Made by a program: the position numbers and the translations under genes. Below the pieces are notes generated by a model. It was not told the DNA's origin. It saw only the letters and a program-made list of their open reading frames with translations, and made no database searches. This document shows positions 26,227 to 27,626 of a DNA stretch of 27,626 nucleotides, in pieces; position 1 is the stretch's first letter, and each line of letters begins with the position of its first letter. This stretch comes from Candidatus Helarchaeota archaeon (lineage in GTDB: Archaea > Asgardarchaeota > Lokiarchaeia > Helarchaeales > RDOG01): positions 1 through 27,626 of the forward strand of contig JALGVI010000040.1 of NCBI GenBank assembly GCA_029838215.1, in the 5' to 3' direction.

Positions 26227-26810
26227 TTACAGCGGTGCCAAAAATTTTCCTAAAAGGATCAAATCTGAAAACGTTCCGTCTTTTAGTTTTATATTCTTGC
26301 GTCGGCATCCTTCCCTAAAATAATTCAATTTTTTCTCATATACGTGTAATGCTCTCTGATTCTTCTCAATGCAGGCAATTTCCAGTTTTAGCAGTCCGAC
26401 TTCCTTGGCAATATCTTCTAGAACCAAGAACATTTGAGTTCCCAAACCGAGATTCTGATAACTCGGATGCACGACGATTCCGAGAACTCCGACATGAGCC
26501 GTCTTACTCACGTCTTCTTTCGAATATTCCAACGTGGCTTGAGCAATCACGTCATTTTGATCCTTGGCAATTAAGAGGATAACCATTGGATTTCGAATCA
26601 TGCTCATAAAGTTGAATTTATTTGTAATCAAGTCTTCAGGATAGAACGTTACTGACAAATAATCATCTGTTTTCTGGATCCACGAATATACCGATTCATA
26701 TGTCTTGTCGTCATAATCAAAGAATGGATCTGCAACTTTAATTTTAATTTTTTTTCCATTCTTGAGTTTGAATTCTTGTTCGTATTTATCGTGATTAAAA
26801 TAAATGGCAA
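26227..26810 (-). CDS. GNAT N-acetyltransferase; probable 1-nt frameshift near 26797-26800
   Basis: GVLGIVVHPSYQNLGLG acetyl-CoA motif and NQRALHVY. The frame stays open upstream of 26658 (YEQEFKLKNGKKIKIKVAD). An RBS-linked TTG at 26810 joins in frame if one T is added (584+1 nt = 195 codons). Confidence 0.75.
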
Positions 26811-26866
26811 GTGCTCTCCTATTTCGGGTTTAAATCAATAAAATAAAGAGAAAAAAAGGTTTGAGA

Positions 26867-27626
26867 TCATTCCATGCCTAAGATCTTCTTGAATTCTTCA
26901 GGTTCTTCGCCTTCATAGACAAAGATTTCGTTTTGCACGCCTGCGCGTTCGACGTCAAATGCCCTTGCAATTCTTCCTGCCACGACTTTTTCTTTGACGT
27001 TTGCTCCTTTTCCGACCCAGATGTAGGTATTATCATTTTGCATGTCATCAAGCAGGAAGACATCTTCTCCATCCAAGGAATCCTTGCTAAGGGGAACTTG
27101 AACGTATTGGATTTCTTCGAGCGAGTCATATTCTTCACTCGACACGCGATATAGGACGGGTTTTGTGATGGGTTTTTCATAATGTGTCAGGATGCTTTCT
27201 GCCACGTCTTTATCAACAATTCGTAATGTTCCCACGGCTTTTCGGAATTCTTTTGTTTCCTGTCCTTGCTCGACCGTGATGATCTTGGGTTCTCCGCCAC
27301 GCTGGGAATCGATCATGGTTGCAATGTGTGCACCACTGAACTTCTCATCCACTGAGGCGTTTTTTCCAATCCAAATATATATGACTGCCTTGTCTATTTT
27401 TTTCAACTCACCTTTTTCCAATCGATAAAAATTCACGGTTTTTGACGTGGTATCTGAAACAGATTGTTCTGGAATCTTAGGGAAGTCTGGTGGCTCCTCG
27501 CCTTCTTCCGTGTTCTTAATGTGAGCACGATACATCTTTTCCTTGGATTTCATTCTAGTTGCTTGAGTTCCCGCATCGTATGCACGTCTCGGGCTAGCGT
27601 TTTTTCCTTTCCAAATCCAAATATTC
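26867..27626 (-). CDS. Gelsolin-like protein with at least three domains (5' end outside the window)
   Basis: The frame is open to the window edge. Three repeats: IWIWKGKNAS..EEGEEPPDF, IYIWIGKNASVDEK..EQGQETKEF, and DVFLLD..YIWVGKGANVKEK..EGEEPEEF. Confidence 0.88.
   Translation of the reverse strand, partial: NIWIWKGKNASPRRAYDAGTQATRMKSKEKMYRAHIKNTEEGEEPPDFPKIPEQSVSDTTSKTVNFYRLEKGELKKIDKAVIYIWIGKNASVDEKFSGAHIATMIDSQRGGEPKIITVEQGQETKEFRKAVGTLRIVDKDVAESILTHYEKPITKPVLYRVSSEEYDSLEEIQYVQVPLSKDSLDGEDVFLLDDMQNDNTYIWVGKGANVKEKVVAGRIARAFDVERAGVQNEIFVYEGEEPEEFKKILGME

Noticed and set aside
1360-27428. About 50 short or antisense ORFs in the track (e.g. 2646-3035, 3664-4044, 11629-12021, 14435-14935, 23006-23446, 25160-25363)
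   Set aside because: They overlap longer genes with clear family motifs and show no motifs of their own; treated as shadow ORFs.
1-27626. CRISPR array, IS element, rRNA or integrated provirus
   Set aside because: No regularly spaced repeats, transposase, terminal repeats, rRNA signatures or viral genes were seen by eye.

Overview
A gene-dense archaeal window, most likely from an Asgard archaeon (class undetermined). This rests on a multi-domain gelsolin-like protein, a small GTPase fused to a roadblock/longin-like domain, a PGF/Loki-CTERM-type surface protein, archaeal-type PGK and LeuD/LeuC, and oligo-T terminators. About 26 protein genes are present, plus one short gene remnant. I found no rRNA, tRNA, CRISPR array or IS element. 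The standout is a soluble, very acidic 707-aa protein (14319-16442). By eye its residues ~119-332 match the Mu homology domain of AP mu-adaptin/delta-COP motif by motif, followed by extra repeats of the same beta-sandwich. Other notable items are an orphan tyrosine recombinase with a Cys4 insertion, a split DUF4140/DUF4139 gene pair, tandem claudin-like 4-TM proteins, an FG-GAP propeller fused to a multipass membrane domain, a degenerate M23-fold protein, and a gelsolin domain with an apparent in-frame deletion. Two genes are interrupted by single-base losses in homopolymer runs, possibly sequencing errors. All family calls come from manual motif recognition; no database searches were run.
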